This document shows positions 9,391 to 19,476 of a DNA stretch of 64,000 nt, piece by piece (positions within the stretch are counted from its first letter, which is position 1; every line of letters starts with the position of its first letter). The notes under the pieces were generated by a model that was not told where the DNA came from, searched no databases, and worked only from the letters and a program-made list of their open reading frames with translations. This stretch comes from Nitrospirota bacterium (GTDB lineage Bacteria; Nitrospirota; Thermodesulfovibrionia; Thermodesulfovibrionales; Dissulfurispiraceae): NCBI GenBank assembly GCA_963710375.1, contig CAVPZX010000007.1:1-64000 (forward strand), given 5' to 3'. Position numbers and translations under genes: made by a program.

Positions 9391-10476
9391 TTACACGAAA
9401 TTAAACCCTTTCTCGATAAAGACCTTCAAGCAAGCATCTACCACATCAGGATCAAAAAGGGTGCATCTTTGTTTGAAGATTTCTACCAGGACCTTTTTTA
9501 TACTGAGAGGCGGCCTGTGAGAGCGGTGGGAGGCCATAGCCTCGACAGCGTCAGCAACACCCAAAATTCTTGCTTCGAGGAGAATCTCGTCACCGGCAAG
9601 CCCCTTTGGATATCCGGAACCATCCATCCTTTCGTGATGCTGGAGCACGACCTGGGTGACCAACCTATCAAATTCTACCTCCTTCAATATGTTATATCCG
9701 ACTTGAACATGACCCCTAAGGATATCTAATTCATTCTTGTCTATTTTGTCACGTTTCCTAAGAATCTCTTCCGGTATAGTTATCTTGCCTATGTCATGAA
9801 GGAACCCAGCTATGCGAATCGACTCAATTCGATCCTCTGAAAGGTTCATCTCCCCGGCGATGGCACAGGCAAGCTGAGTCACCCGTCGCTGATGGCCAGA
9901 CGTGTCAGGATCCCATATTTCAATCATCTTGGCCATAACCTGGATAGTGCCTTCTATGTTTCTTTGTAACTTTTGGGAGCTCTCTCTTATCACCTCTTCT
10001 GCCCGTTTTCGCTCGCTGATGTCGCGGGCAACAACGAAACAAATATCTTTTTCTCCCTGCCTGATTTTACTTGCCGTCAACTGAACATCTATCGTTGATC
10101 CGTTTTTACGTCGCCATAGCCGGTCTCCTATAATAATCGCAGCGGACGTTAATATTTGACGAACATACTCGTCAATGCTCTCTCTATCGTGTGCGATGAA
10201 GTCATATAATATTAATTTGGTTACCTCTGCCGGCGCGTAGCCAAGCAAATCGGTGAATGCATTATTTGCTTCCAGGATGCACTTTGTTTCCGGATCAAAC
10301 ATGTAAATTGCTTCTACTGATTGCTGAATGAGCTTCTGATAGCGTTCTTCGCTTTCCCGTAGCGCCTTCTCTGTCTGTCGCCGCTTGCTTTCTGATGCTT
10401 GCAATTCCTCAATCCGCCGGCGAGTTTCCGCCAATTCATTTATGAGTTGTTCTTTTGATTTTTCTTCATCTTTCAT
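9391..10476 (-). CDS. PAS + HD-GYP c-di-GMP phosphodiesterase-like protein
   Basis: N-terminal coiled coil, PAS ending RDISERK, HDIGK, HHERMDGSGYP. Confidence 0.88.
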   Translation of the reverse strand: MKDEEKSKEQLINELAETRRRIEELQASESKRRQTEKALRESEERYQKLIQQSVEAIYMFDPETKCILEANNAFTDLLGYAPAEVTKLILYDFIAHDRESIDEYVRQILTSAAIIIGDRLWRRKNGSTIDVQLTASKIRQGEKDICFVVARDISERKRAEEVIRESSQKLQRNIEGTIQVMAKMIEIWDPDTSGHQRRVTQLACAIAGEMNLSEDRIESIRIAGFLHDIGKITIPEEILRKRDKIDKNELDILRGHVQVGYNILKEVEFDRLVTQVVLQHHERMDGSGYPKGLAGDEILLEARILGVADAVEAMASHRSHRPPLSIKKVLVEIFKQRCTLFDPDVVDACLKVFIEKGFNFV

Positions 10477-10623
10477 AGCGTATTCCATAAAAGATGGCAA
10501 TTTTAATAACTGCCGGCTTGGATGAAATGATTTTTCGGTATATTTTAACTAACTATCTAGTTTTAACTTGATATTTCTATTATATTTATTATATATAGTA
10601 GTATAAATGTTTTGCAAATAACT

Positions 10624-12198
10624 ATGGACTTAAAGAGATTAACCTATTCTTTAACCGGGAAACTTATCCTCACGATAGGCGCCATGATGATTACGGGAAA
10701 CGCCATCCTCTTGTATTGCTTGTTGAACCAACGAGAGAAGGAAATTATAGATAATTCTATCAGAGGGGCTATCAATATCGGGGAAATCGTAAAAAGGAGT
10801 ATCGATTATGGAATGCTGACTTATCATAGAACTATGGTACAACATACAGTGGAAAGCATAGTTCAGACCGACCAGGTTATGCTCGTAAGAATTTTTAACA
10901 GTAAGGGCAGGATTGCATACTCATCGAGAAAAGAAGATATTGGAAAAATGCTTGACGCAAACGCTCCGATCTGTAAGTCTTGCCATTTAGGATCAGGGAC
11001 GCCAATAGCTACGTCAAGTTGTTCAATTAGAAAATCTCCTGAAGGTTACAGAATTCTAACCACTGCGCTGCCTATCTATAACCAGATGAAGTGTTACACT
11101 TCAACATGCCATGTGCATTCTCAAAAAGAGAAGGTTCTTGGCATGATTGAAGTACGTCTATCACTTCAATCTCTTGACACGAGGATAAAACAGAACAAAA
11201 CAACCCTAACATTATATGTCCTCGGTATTTTAGTCATATCGGCTGTTGTTCTTTCGATAATCCTGTGGAATATCATCTCAAAACCTCTCCGTATTCTGAC
11301 AAGAGGTTTGAGGCAGGTTACCGAAGGTAATCTTGAGTGTACTGTCAATATTGATACCAAGGATGAGATAGGAGAACATGCAAAGGTCTTCAATGCTATG
11401 ACATCAGAACTTGCAAAGACAAAGAAAGAACTCGTTGAGTGGGGGCAAACACTTGAAAAGAAAGTTCAGTGGGAAAAAGATGAAATTCAAAAAGCCCACG
11501 CACACCTTGTACATTCTGCAAAACTCGCATCCCTCGGAAGGATAGCTGCAGGTGTAGCCCACGAGATAAACAACCCACTTACAGGTGTAGTTACCTTTAG
11601 TCATCTCTTGAAGGATAGATTTCCAGAGGGAAGTCAGGAAAGAGAGGACATTGAAGTCATTATAGAACAGGCAAATAGATGTTCAAATATTATTAAGGGA
11701 CTCCTTAGCTTTGCAAGAGCTACTACGGCAGATAAAGGCCCTGTCAACATTAATGAATTACTGAAGAATTCTTTGAATATGGTAAGGCATAAAGCAGATT
11801 TCTTCAATATCAATATTATCCTGGATCTTGATGAATCTCTCTCACTTGTAAATGCAAACTCATCTCAGATTCAGCAGGTTTTCTTAAACATGATTATCAA
11901 TGCAGCGGATGCGATGGAGGGAAAAGGGACACTTACCCTCTGCACCCGAAAGGTTACTGAAGATGGTAAGCACTTTGCAGAGGTTGAGTTTACCGATACA
12001 GGTCAAGGTATATATGAAGAGGATAAAACAAAACTCTTTGAACCTTTCTTTACTACAAAACCAGTTGGGAAAGGGACTGGACTTGGTCTTGCTATAAGCC
12101 ATGGGATTATCCATGACCACGCAGGCAATATATCTGTAAAAAGCAAAGTCGGAGAGGGAACAAGCTTCTTTGTGAGGCTCCAATTTTACGAAGGATAA
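10624..12198 (+). CDS. membrane sensor histidine kinase with periplasmic CxxCH motif, HAMP, HisKA, HATPase
   Basis: Two TM helices flanking CKSCH and CYTSTCH; AHEINNP H-box; N, DTG.G, FEPFFTTK, GTGLGL boxes. Confidence 0.92.
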   Translation: MDLKRLTYSLTGKLILTIGAMMITGNAILLYCLLNQREKEIIDNSIRGAINIGEIVKRSIDYGMLTYHRTMVQHTVESIVQTDQVMLVRIFNSKGRIAYSSRKEDIGKMLDANAPICKSCHLGSGTPIATSSCSIRKSPEGYRILTTALPIYNQMKCYTSTCHVHSQKEKVLGMIEVRLSLQSLDTRIKQNKTTLTLYVLGILVISAVVLSIILWNIISKPLRILTRGLRQVTEGNLECTVNIDTKDEIGEHAKVFNAMTSELAKTKKELVEWGQTLEKKVQWEKDEIQKAHAHLVHSAKLASLGRIAAGVAHEINNPLTGVVTFSHLLKDRFPEGSQEREDIEVIIEQANRCSNIIKGLLSFARATTADKGPVNINELLKNSLNMVRHKADFFNINIILDLDESLSLVNANSSQIQQVFLNMIINAADAMEGKGTLTLCTRKVTEDGKHFAEVEFTDTGQGIYEEDKTKLFEPFFTTKPVGKGTGLGLAISHGIIHDHAGNISVKSKVGEGTSFFVRLQFYEG

Positions 12199-12315
12199 CA
12201 AAAAGCAATGGCAATCAAAATTTGAGAATGGAAATTGCAAAAGTGCAGGTGTATGTTTATTTGAACTTACATTAACACATTCACCCTCATAAATTTACAT
12301 CGAGAGGAGTTCGCA

Positions 12316-12705
12316 GTGAGTAAAGGCAAGATCCTTGTTATAGATGATGAAGATATAGTGCTGAGATGCTGCCAAAGAATACTTACCCCAGAGGGTTATG
12401 ATGTAGATATATCAAAGAATGGAATGGATGGCCTGAAATTGCTCAAAGATAAAGCCTTCGACCTTGTTTTGGTAGACATCAAGATGCCTGAGATGGACGG
12501 CATGGAGGTCCTCAAACAAATCAAGAAAAAATGGTCTGATACCCAAGTAATAATCATAACAGGATATAGTACCCTTGAGTCGGCTATATTTGCCATGAAA
12601 CTTGGTGCATATGACTATGTTGAAAAGCCTTTTACACCTGATGGGCTCACCTCGGCAGTAAAAAAGGCCTTTGATGAGGAAATGGGAGAACAGAAAGAAA
12701 AATGA
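12316..12705 (+). CDS. single-domain response regulator
   Basis: VIDDE, DIKMP, ITGY, KPF; GTG start after GAGGAG. Confidence 0.92.
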   Translation: MSKGKILVIDDEDIVLRCCQRILTPEGYDVDISKNGMDGLKLLKDKAFDLVLVDIKMPEMDGMEVLKQIKKKWSDTQVIIITGYSTLESAIFAMKLGAYDYVEKPFTPDGLTSAVKKAFDEEMGEQKEK

Positions 12706-12772
12706 ACATCCATGAGAAGCAGGGACTTAAAATTCTGCGATACGTGACAATGTAATAAAAGGGGGTATATCT

Positions 12773-13543
12773 ATGGAAAAAAGGGGGAAGATATTAGTAG
12801 TAGATGACGACCCTGTTGTAACCCTGAGTTGTAAAAGAATACTCGGTGCTGATGGCTATAATATCATAACAGTTGATAAGGGAAAAGATGGGATAAAGAG
12901 AATTAATAGCGAGGAGTTTGATCTTCTAATTTCGGACATGAGACTGCCGGATATTAACGGAATGGAAGTAGTAAAAGAATCCAGGATTATTCAACCAAAG
13001 TTAGATGTTGTCATTATTACAGGCTATCCTAATCTGGATGATGCTAAAGAATCAGTACGACTCGGTGTATTTGAGTATATTGAAAAGCCATTCACGCCTG
13101 ATTTTATGAGAAACGTAGCAAAGAAGATATTTGATAAGAAAGGCTGGATACTAAGGCAATCATTTATCGACGAGTTCAGAGACTATTTTGTCCCTTTATT
13201 GGATGAAGAAAACCCTGTTATATTTTATAAGGAAGGCACATGGGCAAGACCGATTAAGGAGGAAATATGGGAGGTTGGTTGTGATGTTAGGTACTGGCTC
13301 CTTGGCGCCGAGCTCCTCTATATAGATATTCCTGAAGGGCTGAACACCCTTGTAGCCGGGGAATCTTTTGCCAAGGTATCTAGCAGCAATGGTGAGACAC
13401 ATGAATTAATAGCCCCGATGACGGGTGTTGTTAAAGAGATTAACCGTCGCGCAAATGAGGCCATGAGTGCCCTTATTCGCGACGACCTGAGTGGTGGCTG
13501 GCTACTCTGGTTAGCACGAATGCAACCAATAACGTCTGCTTAG
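12773..13543 (+). CDS. response regulator fused to a glycine cleavage H-like domain
   Basis: REC (VVDDD, DMRLP, KPF) then YKEGTWAR..VG..IDIP..AGESFAKV..LIAPMTGVVKEIN..GWL, matching the GcvH pattern. Confidence 0.8.
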   Translation: MEKRGKILVVDDDPVVTLSCKRILGADGYNIITVDKGKDGIKRINSEEFDLLISDMRLPDINGMEVVKESRIIQPKLDVVIITGYPNLDDAKESVRLGVFEYIEKPFTPDFMRNVAKKIFDKKGWILRQSFIDEFRDYFVPLLDEENPVIFYKEGTWARPIKEEIWEVGCDVRYWLLGAELLYIDIPEGLNTLVAGESFAKVSSSNGETHELIAPMTGVVKEINRRANEAMSALIRDDLSGGWLLWLARMQPITSA

Positions 13544-13581
13544 AATTCAAATTAACACAAAATGATGTACTGGAGGGGACC

Positions 13582-13749
13582 CTATTTTTCTTTCTTCAGT
13601 ACCTTATTCAGAAGTTTAAGTGCATTTTCCTTTGCCTCCTCCGGCGTTTCACCAGCAGCCTTTGCTGCCTCCTCAAATGTTTTATTAGTGATATTCCTTG
13701 GATCTCCCATGCTGTCGTCCGGCTTGCCACATCCACATGTGTAACACAT
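13582..13749 (-). CDS. small CxxCxC protein (55 aa, absent from ORF track)
   Basis: AAGGAGG 4 nt before ATG; MCYTCGCGKPDDSMGDPRNITNKTFEEAAKAAGETPEEAKENALKLLNKVLKKEK. Confidence 0.75.
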   Translation of the reverse strand: MCYTCGCGKPDDSMGDPRNITNKTFEEAAKAAGETPEEAKENALKLLNKVLKKEK

Positions 13750-13812
13750 ATATCCTCCTTTCGGTCTATTAATGCTGCTTGTACAGATATCTCCCGACTT
13801 GCCGTCAAAGAT

Positions 13813-14527
13813 CTAATAGCCCATAAATCTATCGGTGCGGATGCTCTGTTGTTTGACACCGATATGTTCGAGCAGTTCCCTGCATGTGCCCACCATGCCC
13901 GGAGGGCCGCTCACCCAGAAACACAATCCTTCGGGATCAGGAACCCACTTGCTCAGGATCGCTTCCCCTAATTCCCCCTGTTCGCCCTTCCAACCTTCTT
14001 CATGCTCTGTGAGCACGTTAACCAGTGAAAACGTCGGCATCTGCCGCGCTATGCTTTCCAATTGAATCCGAAAGATTATGTCCGATGACAGACGACTGAA
14101 GTATAACATGAGTACGTTTAAGGGCTCGTTCATGTCCGCTGAGCAACGCAAGATAGAACGGTAAGGCGTTATGCCTATTCCTCCGGCGATAAAGACATGA
14201 CGCAGGCGTGTATCTCCCTGCCGTAAGATAAATTCTCCTTCAGGGCTTTCACAGGCGAGTTCGTACCCTATCGGCGCCTGACGCAGCGTTTCTTTGAACC
14301 CGCTGCCTCTCATTCTCGTTGTGAACATCACGATCCCTTTTTCAGTGGGAGAACTAGAAATAGTAAAATGTCTTCTGTTACCGCGTTCATCCGGAAATGC
14401 AAGTGCATCCAATTCATAATCTAAGACTTGTCCGGCCCTGTATTCAAGCTGTTGGCCGCCCAAGTCGAAAATGAACGACATTACCTCAGTCTGTCTCGGG
14501 GCGGCGTTCCTTCAAACGAATGCGCAT
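13813..14527 (-). CDS. FNR-family FAD/NAD(P)-binding oxidoreductase with +1 frameshift near codon 13
   Basis: RHFTISSSP, FIAGGIGITPY, SGPPGM; upstream out-of-frame MRIRLKERRPETD fits before EVMSFIF. Confidence 0.8.
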
Positions 14528-14736
14528 ACGGTTCCTTATCTGATGATTCAGATCTGATATTAATTAGATAACATATATCACTAAATTGCGGTCTTGTCAA
14601 ATAGGATGATTTGCATCCGATTATAATACGTGATAAAATATTATTAGAGATGGATAGGTGCAGGCCATTAGGGCCTGCCGGAACCAGGGTTTAGCCCCAG
14701 GCTCCTTTTATTCACTCAAAATGAAAGGAGGGCGTT

Positions 14737-15006
14737 ATGATCGGCTTAAAAGACACCAAAAGCTTTTGCGATTACGTCTTTTCCGAGTTGAATCATATGA
14801 AGAAGACGCTCATTGAAATAGGGAATAGGGTGCAGGCTCTTCCGCTTGAAGAGAGAAAGATAGTTTCTGAGGGTTTCCTAGCCAATTTGAAGGAGCTTTC
14901 AACTGAGATCGATGCGAAAATGGATATCTTCAGCCGATATTGTCCGATCGTTACCTTTGAGCGTGGGGAGAAGACCAGCGAGTATCATGCTGCAGCAGGC
15001 GTATAA
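14737..15006 (+). CDS. small helical hypothetical protein
   Basis: AAGGAGG SD; 89-aa ORF followed by a terminator. Confidence 0.7.
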   Translation: MIGLKDTKSFCDYVFSELNHMKKTLIEIGNRVQALPLEERKIVSEGFLANLKELSTEIDAKMDIFSRYCPIVTFERGEKTSEYHAAAGV

Positions 15007-15032
15007 GCAAGAGCTGAAAAACTTTGCTTTGC

Positions 15033-15062
15033 GGGGCGGAGAACATCTCTGCCCTTTTTTTG
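15033..15062 (+). terminator. intrinsic terminator
   Basis: GGGCGGAGA-loop-TCTCTGCCC followed by T7. Confidence 0.7.
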
Positions 15063-15101
15063 TTCAGGATTGTATTTGAGCCGTATTTCCCATATGTTTA
15101 T

Positions 15102-16277
15102 TTAAAGGTATACGATGTCGTCCGGCAGATCTGTCAGTTTTTCACATCCCTTATCTGTTATTGCCAGGGTGTTCTCTATGCCTACGGCCCCTTTGCCGGG
15201 GAACAGAAATTTTGGTTCAACGGCAATTGTCTGACCTGCTTTAAGAAGGGCCCTGAACTTAGGTGCGAGGACAGGCAGTTCATCCAGTTCGAGCCCAACA
15301 CCATGTCCCACGAACTTTGCCAGTTCGCCGGGGTGTCCCATAAAATGTTCCCCTATGCCTGCATCAGCCGCCATCTTTGCTGCACCATGGAAGAGGTCTT
15401 CGCAGATATTTCCGGGTGTAAGGTCCTCTTTGATCAATTCCTGTATGCCAAGAGAGATATCAAAGGCCCGTTTAAGTTCCGGGTCGAGCCTCCCAAAACA
15501 ATAAAGACGGGTCATATCTGTAATATATCCATTGTAATATCCCCCATAGTCTACGATGATAGGGACCCCTTTCCCAATCACGTCTATCGAAGGTCCAAAA
15601 GGTGCAGCAGTCCAATGCCCTTTGCCTGTAACAGGCGCGTCAAAGCAGCCGGCTACTGCACCGTTTCCTCCTGAAACCGCAATGCCCGTTACCTCCTGGT
15701 TGAATCCGCGAATACGAACATATCCGCCAATACCGGCTTTTCGGAGACGGTATTCAAATTCTGCAGCGAGGTCGAGCTCACGCATGCCGGGCTTGAGGAA
15801 GTCCGGTATCTTGCTGAATTCGTCCGCGAGCAACCTGCCGCTCATACGCATCTGTTCAAGCTCCCACGCCGATTTCACAGACCTTATTTCGCGGTTCATT
15901 GCAGATATATCCAGAAACTCGCAATCCCGAATAGTCTTGCGGAAAAAGTTAAAATGCTGCAGAGGGAGCATATCAAAGGTGAGACCGATCTTTCTTATCT
16001 GCTTCCCTATAATATCAGGCAGGTCGCTGCTGGAAGGGAAGGGACGAACATCTTCCACAATGCTCTCCCGAAGACCCCGGATGAAACTTTTTCTCACAAG
16101 CAGGACAGGAGCGCCGTATATCGGAATCCATATCACAGCATTCTGTCTGGTGCCGGTGAAATAGTAAACATCGATTGCGTGATTGAATAGGGCGCCGTCA
16201 AGCTCTTCGGCTGCAAGCCGTATTTTGAGTTTCTCTATCCTCTGACTGATCTCTTCTTTCGGAGTTGTCGTATTCAT
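15102..16277 (-). CDS. Xaa-Pro aminopeptidase family (M24) protein
   Basis: VDYGG..GYITDMTR, GHGVGLELDE.P, AVEPK, GIENT. Confidence 0.92.
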   Translation of the reverse strand: MNTTTPKEEISQRIEKLKIRLAAEELDGALFNHAIDVYYFTGTRQNAVIWIPIYGAPVLLVRKSFIRGLRESIVEDVRPFPSSSDLPDIIGKQIRKIGLTFDMLPLQHFNFFRKTIRDCEFLDISAMNREIRSVKSAWELEQMRMSGRLLADEFSKIPDFLKPGMRELDLAAEFEYRLRKAGIGGYVRIRGFNQEVTGIAVSGGNGAVAGCFDAPVTGKGHWTAAPFGPSIDVIGKGVPIIVDYGGYYNGYITDMTRLYCFGRLDPELKRAFDISLGIQELIKEDLTPGNICEDLFHGAAKMAADAGIGEHFMGHPGELAKFVGHGVGLELDELPVLAPKFRALLKAGQTIAVEPKFLFPGKGAVGIENTLAITDKGCEKLTDLPDDIVYL

Positions 16278-16441
16278 GTCAATATTATTTTATCTCACTT
16301 TTGATTGACTAATCCATGTGTCGCGCCTATAATTTTTAAAAAGACGCATGCGACATGAAGTGAGCGTTTAAATCAGAGTAATATTGTAAGGTAGGAATAA
16401 GCTGTAGTCTTATCGAAACGTCGATTGATGAGGGTTAGGCG

Positions 16442-17446
16442 ATGTCTCTTCCAGGCACTATGAAATATGTTGACCATGGCACGGGTGGACCTGCCTCTTG
16501 TTTGCGAGTAAGGCAAGGCCAGCTACCGGAACTCAAAACCGGTGAGGTGCTGATCGAAGTGGCTTATGCAGGGGTGAATAGGCCTGATATAATGCAGCGC
16601 GCCGGATCTTATCCCCCGCCTCCAGGCGCCTCGCCGGTCCTGGGCCTGGAAGTTGCGGGTAAGGTGGTTGCCGCTGCAGGTGACGTCAGCAGGTGGAATA
16701 TCTATGACAGTGTTTGCGCGCTTACCCCTGGAGGCGGGTATGCCGAGTACTGTGCTGTGCCCGCTTCCAATTGTCTCCCGATCCCAAAAGGACTGACTCT
16801 GATTGAGGCGGCAGCTCTGCCTGAAAACTATTTTACAGTCTGGACAAACGTTTTTGCTCGCGGCCGCCTGCAGGCTGGAGAAACTTTCCTTGTCCACGGA
16901 GGTTCAAGCGGTATCGGTATCACGGCCATCCAGCTTGCCAAGGCCTTTGGCGCACATGTGTATACGACTGCAGGCAACGCAGAGAAAATCGAGGCGGTTA
17001 AAAAAATAGGCGCAGATGAGGCCTTCAACTACAAGGAGCAGGACTGGGTCGAAGAGATATCCAGACTTACAGGACGGCAAGGGGTGAATTGCATTCTCGA
17101 TATGGTCGGCGGTCCTTATATACAGAAGAACCTCCAATCTCTGGCGTTGGAGGGGCGGCTGGTACAAATCGCCTTTCAGCAAGGAGCGAAAACCGACCTC
17201 GACTGTATGCCGATCCTGGTCAAGCGTCTGACTTTTACCGGTTCGACATTGCGGCCGAGAACGGTTGATGAGAAAGCAGCTATCGCGCAGGCTTTATTGA
17301 GAAATGTTTGGCCCCTTCTTGAGGCGAGAAAAATCCGACCCATTATTCACGCCACATATTCTTTTGCCGATGTGCGGAAGGCCCATGAACTGATGGAGAC
17401 TTCGACGCATATTGGTAAGATTATGCTGAAGGTTAAAGGAGACTGA
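16442..17446 (+). CDS. NAD(P)H:quinone oxidoreductase, PIG3/zeta-crystallin family
   Basis: AGVNRPD..QRAG.YPPPPGAS, LGLEVAG, HGGSSGIG, GSTLRPR, HIGKI. Confidence 0.93.
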   Translation: MSLPGTMKYVDHGTGGPASCLRVRQGQLPELKTGEVLIEVAYAGVNRPDIMQRAGSYPPPPGASPVLGLEVAGKVVAAAGDVSRWNIYDSVCALTPGGGYAEYCAVPASNCLPIPKGLTLIEAAALPENYFTVWTNVFARGRLQAGETFLVHGGSSGIGITAIQLAKAFGAHVYTTAGNAEKIEAVKKIGADEAFNYKEQDWVEEISRLTGRQGVNCILDMVGGPYIQKNLQSLALEGRLVQIAFQQGAKTDLDCMPILVKRLTFTGSTLRPRTVDEKAAIAQALLRNVWPLLEARKIRPIIHATYSFADVRKAHELMETSTHIGKIMLKVKGD

Positions 17447-17472
17447 TTATCCAGGTTTAAAGGAGACATTAT

Positions 17473-17922
17473 ATGCGTGTAAAGACGAGCAGTTTGGGCA
17501 AAGGGCTTTTAACCTGCCTGCTTCTTGTATCATTTGTGTCTGTCCTCCATGCTGCTGATCATAGGAGATTCACTTTAAAAGATGGTGTTATTTATGACTC
17601 GGAACTCGGACTTCAATGGGCGCCTGCTAACGGGCAGGCCATGACCCACTATAAGGCAGCGGAGTATGTACGGAATTTAAGACTTGCAGGCGGCGGGTGG
17701 CGGCTGCCCACAAGGGCGGAACTGAAGAGTCTGTATGATAAATCCAAGCCCGGTAATGCAGAGACTGTCTTTAATATCAATAATAATTGGGTATGGACGT
17801 CGGAGTTGGATGGACCGTCGCTCGCGTGGGCCTTCAGTTTCGGCTATGGTTTTGAGCTCAGCTACCTCAGGGACAACTCTGACTACTTTCGCGTTCTGGC
17901 GGTACGGTCCAGACGGTGCTGA
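17473..17922 (+). CDS. exported DUF1566 (Lcl C-terminal-like) protein
   Basis: Signal peptide; D..LGLQW, GWRLPT..EL..L, WTS, AW.F.F, VLAVR. Confidence 0.8.
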   Translation: MRVKTSSLGKGLLTCLLLVSFVSVLHAADHRRFTLKDGVIYDSELGLQWAPANGQAMTHYKAAEYVRNLRLAGGGWRLPTRAELKSLYDKSKPGNAETVFNINNNWVWTSELDGPSLAWAFSFGYGFELSYLRDNSDYFRVLAVRSRRC

Positions 17923-19133
17923 AAAGCGACTCCTTGTCCGCAAGCCGGCTTCTCCTGACCGCCAGCACCATCAGCTTCGTCTGCTTCCTCGGTTCCTACA
18001 TGCGGATTCCGATCGTTCCTCTGCTCGCCACGTCGCTCGGCGCTAATACGGTTCAGGTTGGGATGATTAATGGCGGTTTTATGCTGATGGCAGGAGCGCT
18101 GTCAATTCCATCGGGGATCATCTCGGACCGGGTGGGGCGCCGGCTCCCCCTGTTGGGAGGACTGGTCCTTCTCGCCGGTTCGTCGTTTCTACTTTATTGG
18201 AGCAGCAGTCCGCTCCAGATGGCCGTCATCTACCTTTTTTTTGGGGTGGGACTGTCTGCCTTTTCGCCGACCCTGATGTCCTATGTGGCTGACGTCACCC
18301 CTCCCGAGGTTCTGGGCCAGGCCTACGGCTGGTATACCATGGCCCTTTATGGCGGCATGACCCTCGGACCGGCAGTGGGCGGCTTCCTTGCCACGGCACT
18401 GGGTCTGCGCTTGGTGTTCCTGGTTTCGGGAGGGTTGATCTTCACCATGTTTTTGGTGGCGCTGATCTTCATCCCAACCCATTCCGGCCACAACCGCCCC
18501 CGCGGGACCTTTCCCGCTATAATGCCTGATTTGTATCGGCTCATGCACAATCGCCCACTCATTGCCTGCCTTGTTGCCACACTCGGCAGCTGCGTTGGTT
18601 TTGGGATGTTTGTTACCTTCATGCCGCTCTACATACAGAGCCAGGGTATGCATACCGGCCAGGTGGGGTTAGTTTTTGCGACACAGGCACTGTCCAATGC
18701 CCTGTCGCGGTTGCCGTCAGGGCGGTTGTCAGATCGGGTAGCTGACCGGAGTATCCTCGTGGCTGTCGGCCTGGCGTTTTTTGCCGTGGCACTGGCCGCA
18801 TTCGGTCTCTGCCACACTGTAGTGGCGCTTATGGCCACAGCTGCAGCGATGGGGATGAGCATGGGGGTCGCATTCACGGTTATCTCCGCTCTGATTGCCG
18901 ACGCAGTGCCGCGGGAAATGAGAGGACTTGCCATGGGGTGCTACAACACCTGCGTCTATGCCGGAATGATGTTGAGCTCGTTCTGTATGGGTACGGTCAT
19001 CAAAGGAGAGGGCTTCAGTGCCGCCTTCTTTCTGATCGGGGTAGTGGGAGTGATTGTACTGTTCCTGTTCAGATTCCTGTATCGCCGTCCAAATGGTGCT
19101 GAGAATGAAGAAGCAAGAATGAATTCATCGTGA
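17916..19133 (+). CDS. MFS transporter
   Basis: About 12 hydrophobic helices; motif A GIISDRVGRR and GRLSDRV. Confidence 0.92.
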   Translation: MLKSDSLSASRLLLTASTISFVCFLGSYMRIPIVPLLATSLGANTVQVGMINGGFMLMAGALSIPSGIISDRVGRRLPLLGGLVLLAGSSFLLYWSSSPLQMAVIYLFFGVGLSAFSPTLMSYVADVTPPEVLGQAYGWYTMALYGGMTLGPAVGGFLATALGLRLVFLVSGGLIFTMFLVALIFIPTHSGHNRPRGTFPAIMPDLYRLMHNRPLIACLVATLGSCVGFGMFVTFMPLYIQSQGMHTGQVGLVFATQALSNALSRLPSGRLSDRVADRSILVAVGLAFFAVALAAFGLCHTVVALMATAAAMGMSMGVAFTVISALIADAVPREMRGLAMGCYNTCVYAGMMLSSFCMGTVIKGEGFSAAFFLIGVVGVIVLFLFRFLYRRPNGAENEEARMNSS

Positions 19134-19237
19134 ATTTAGGTACCGAATTTGGGACGGAAATGGTAAAATATTTTACCGGCTAAAAATGATACAACGGAGG
19201 GAAAAGTAACATCCAATGTCAGAAGAGGGAGGGGCCA

Positions 19238-19420
19238 GTGAGCATTGAGACGGCTTTCAAAGCTTTAGAGACCGCATTGTCGCGTTGCACCGCGCTTCAG
19301 GTGGAGATGAAAACGGTTCCGGCAGAGGACAGAGGCCGCCTTATGCGAGCTTACGAACTTCTGGATCTCCTTGAACATGCCCTGCTTGAGACGGCAAGGG
19401 AATTAAAAGAGGCAAAATGA
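19238..19420 (+). CDS. small coiled-coil hypothetical protein
   Basis: GGGAGG SD with GTG start; helical 60-aa product. Confidence 0.5.
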   Translation: MSIETAFKALETALSRCTALQVEMKTVPAEDRGRLMRAYELLDLLEHALLETARELKEAK

Positions 19421-19476
19421 TTAAGTCTGCCATTTACGCAGGCGCATCAGCCAGCGACAAGCAGGAGTAAGAAGGT

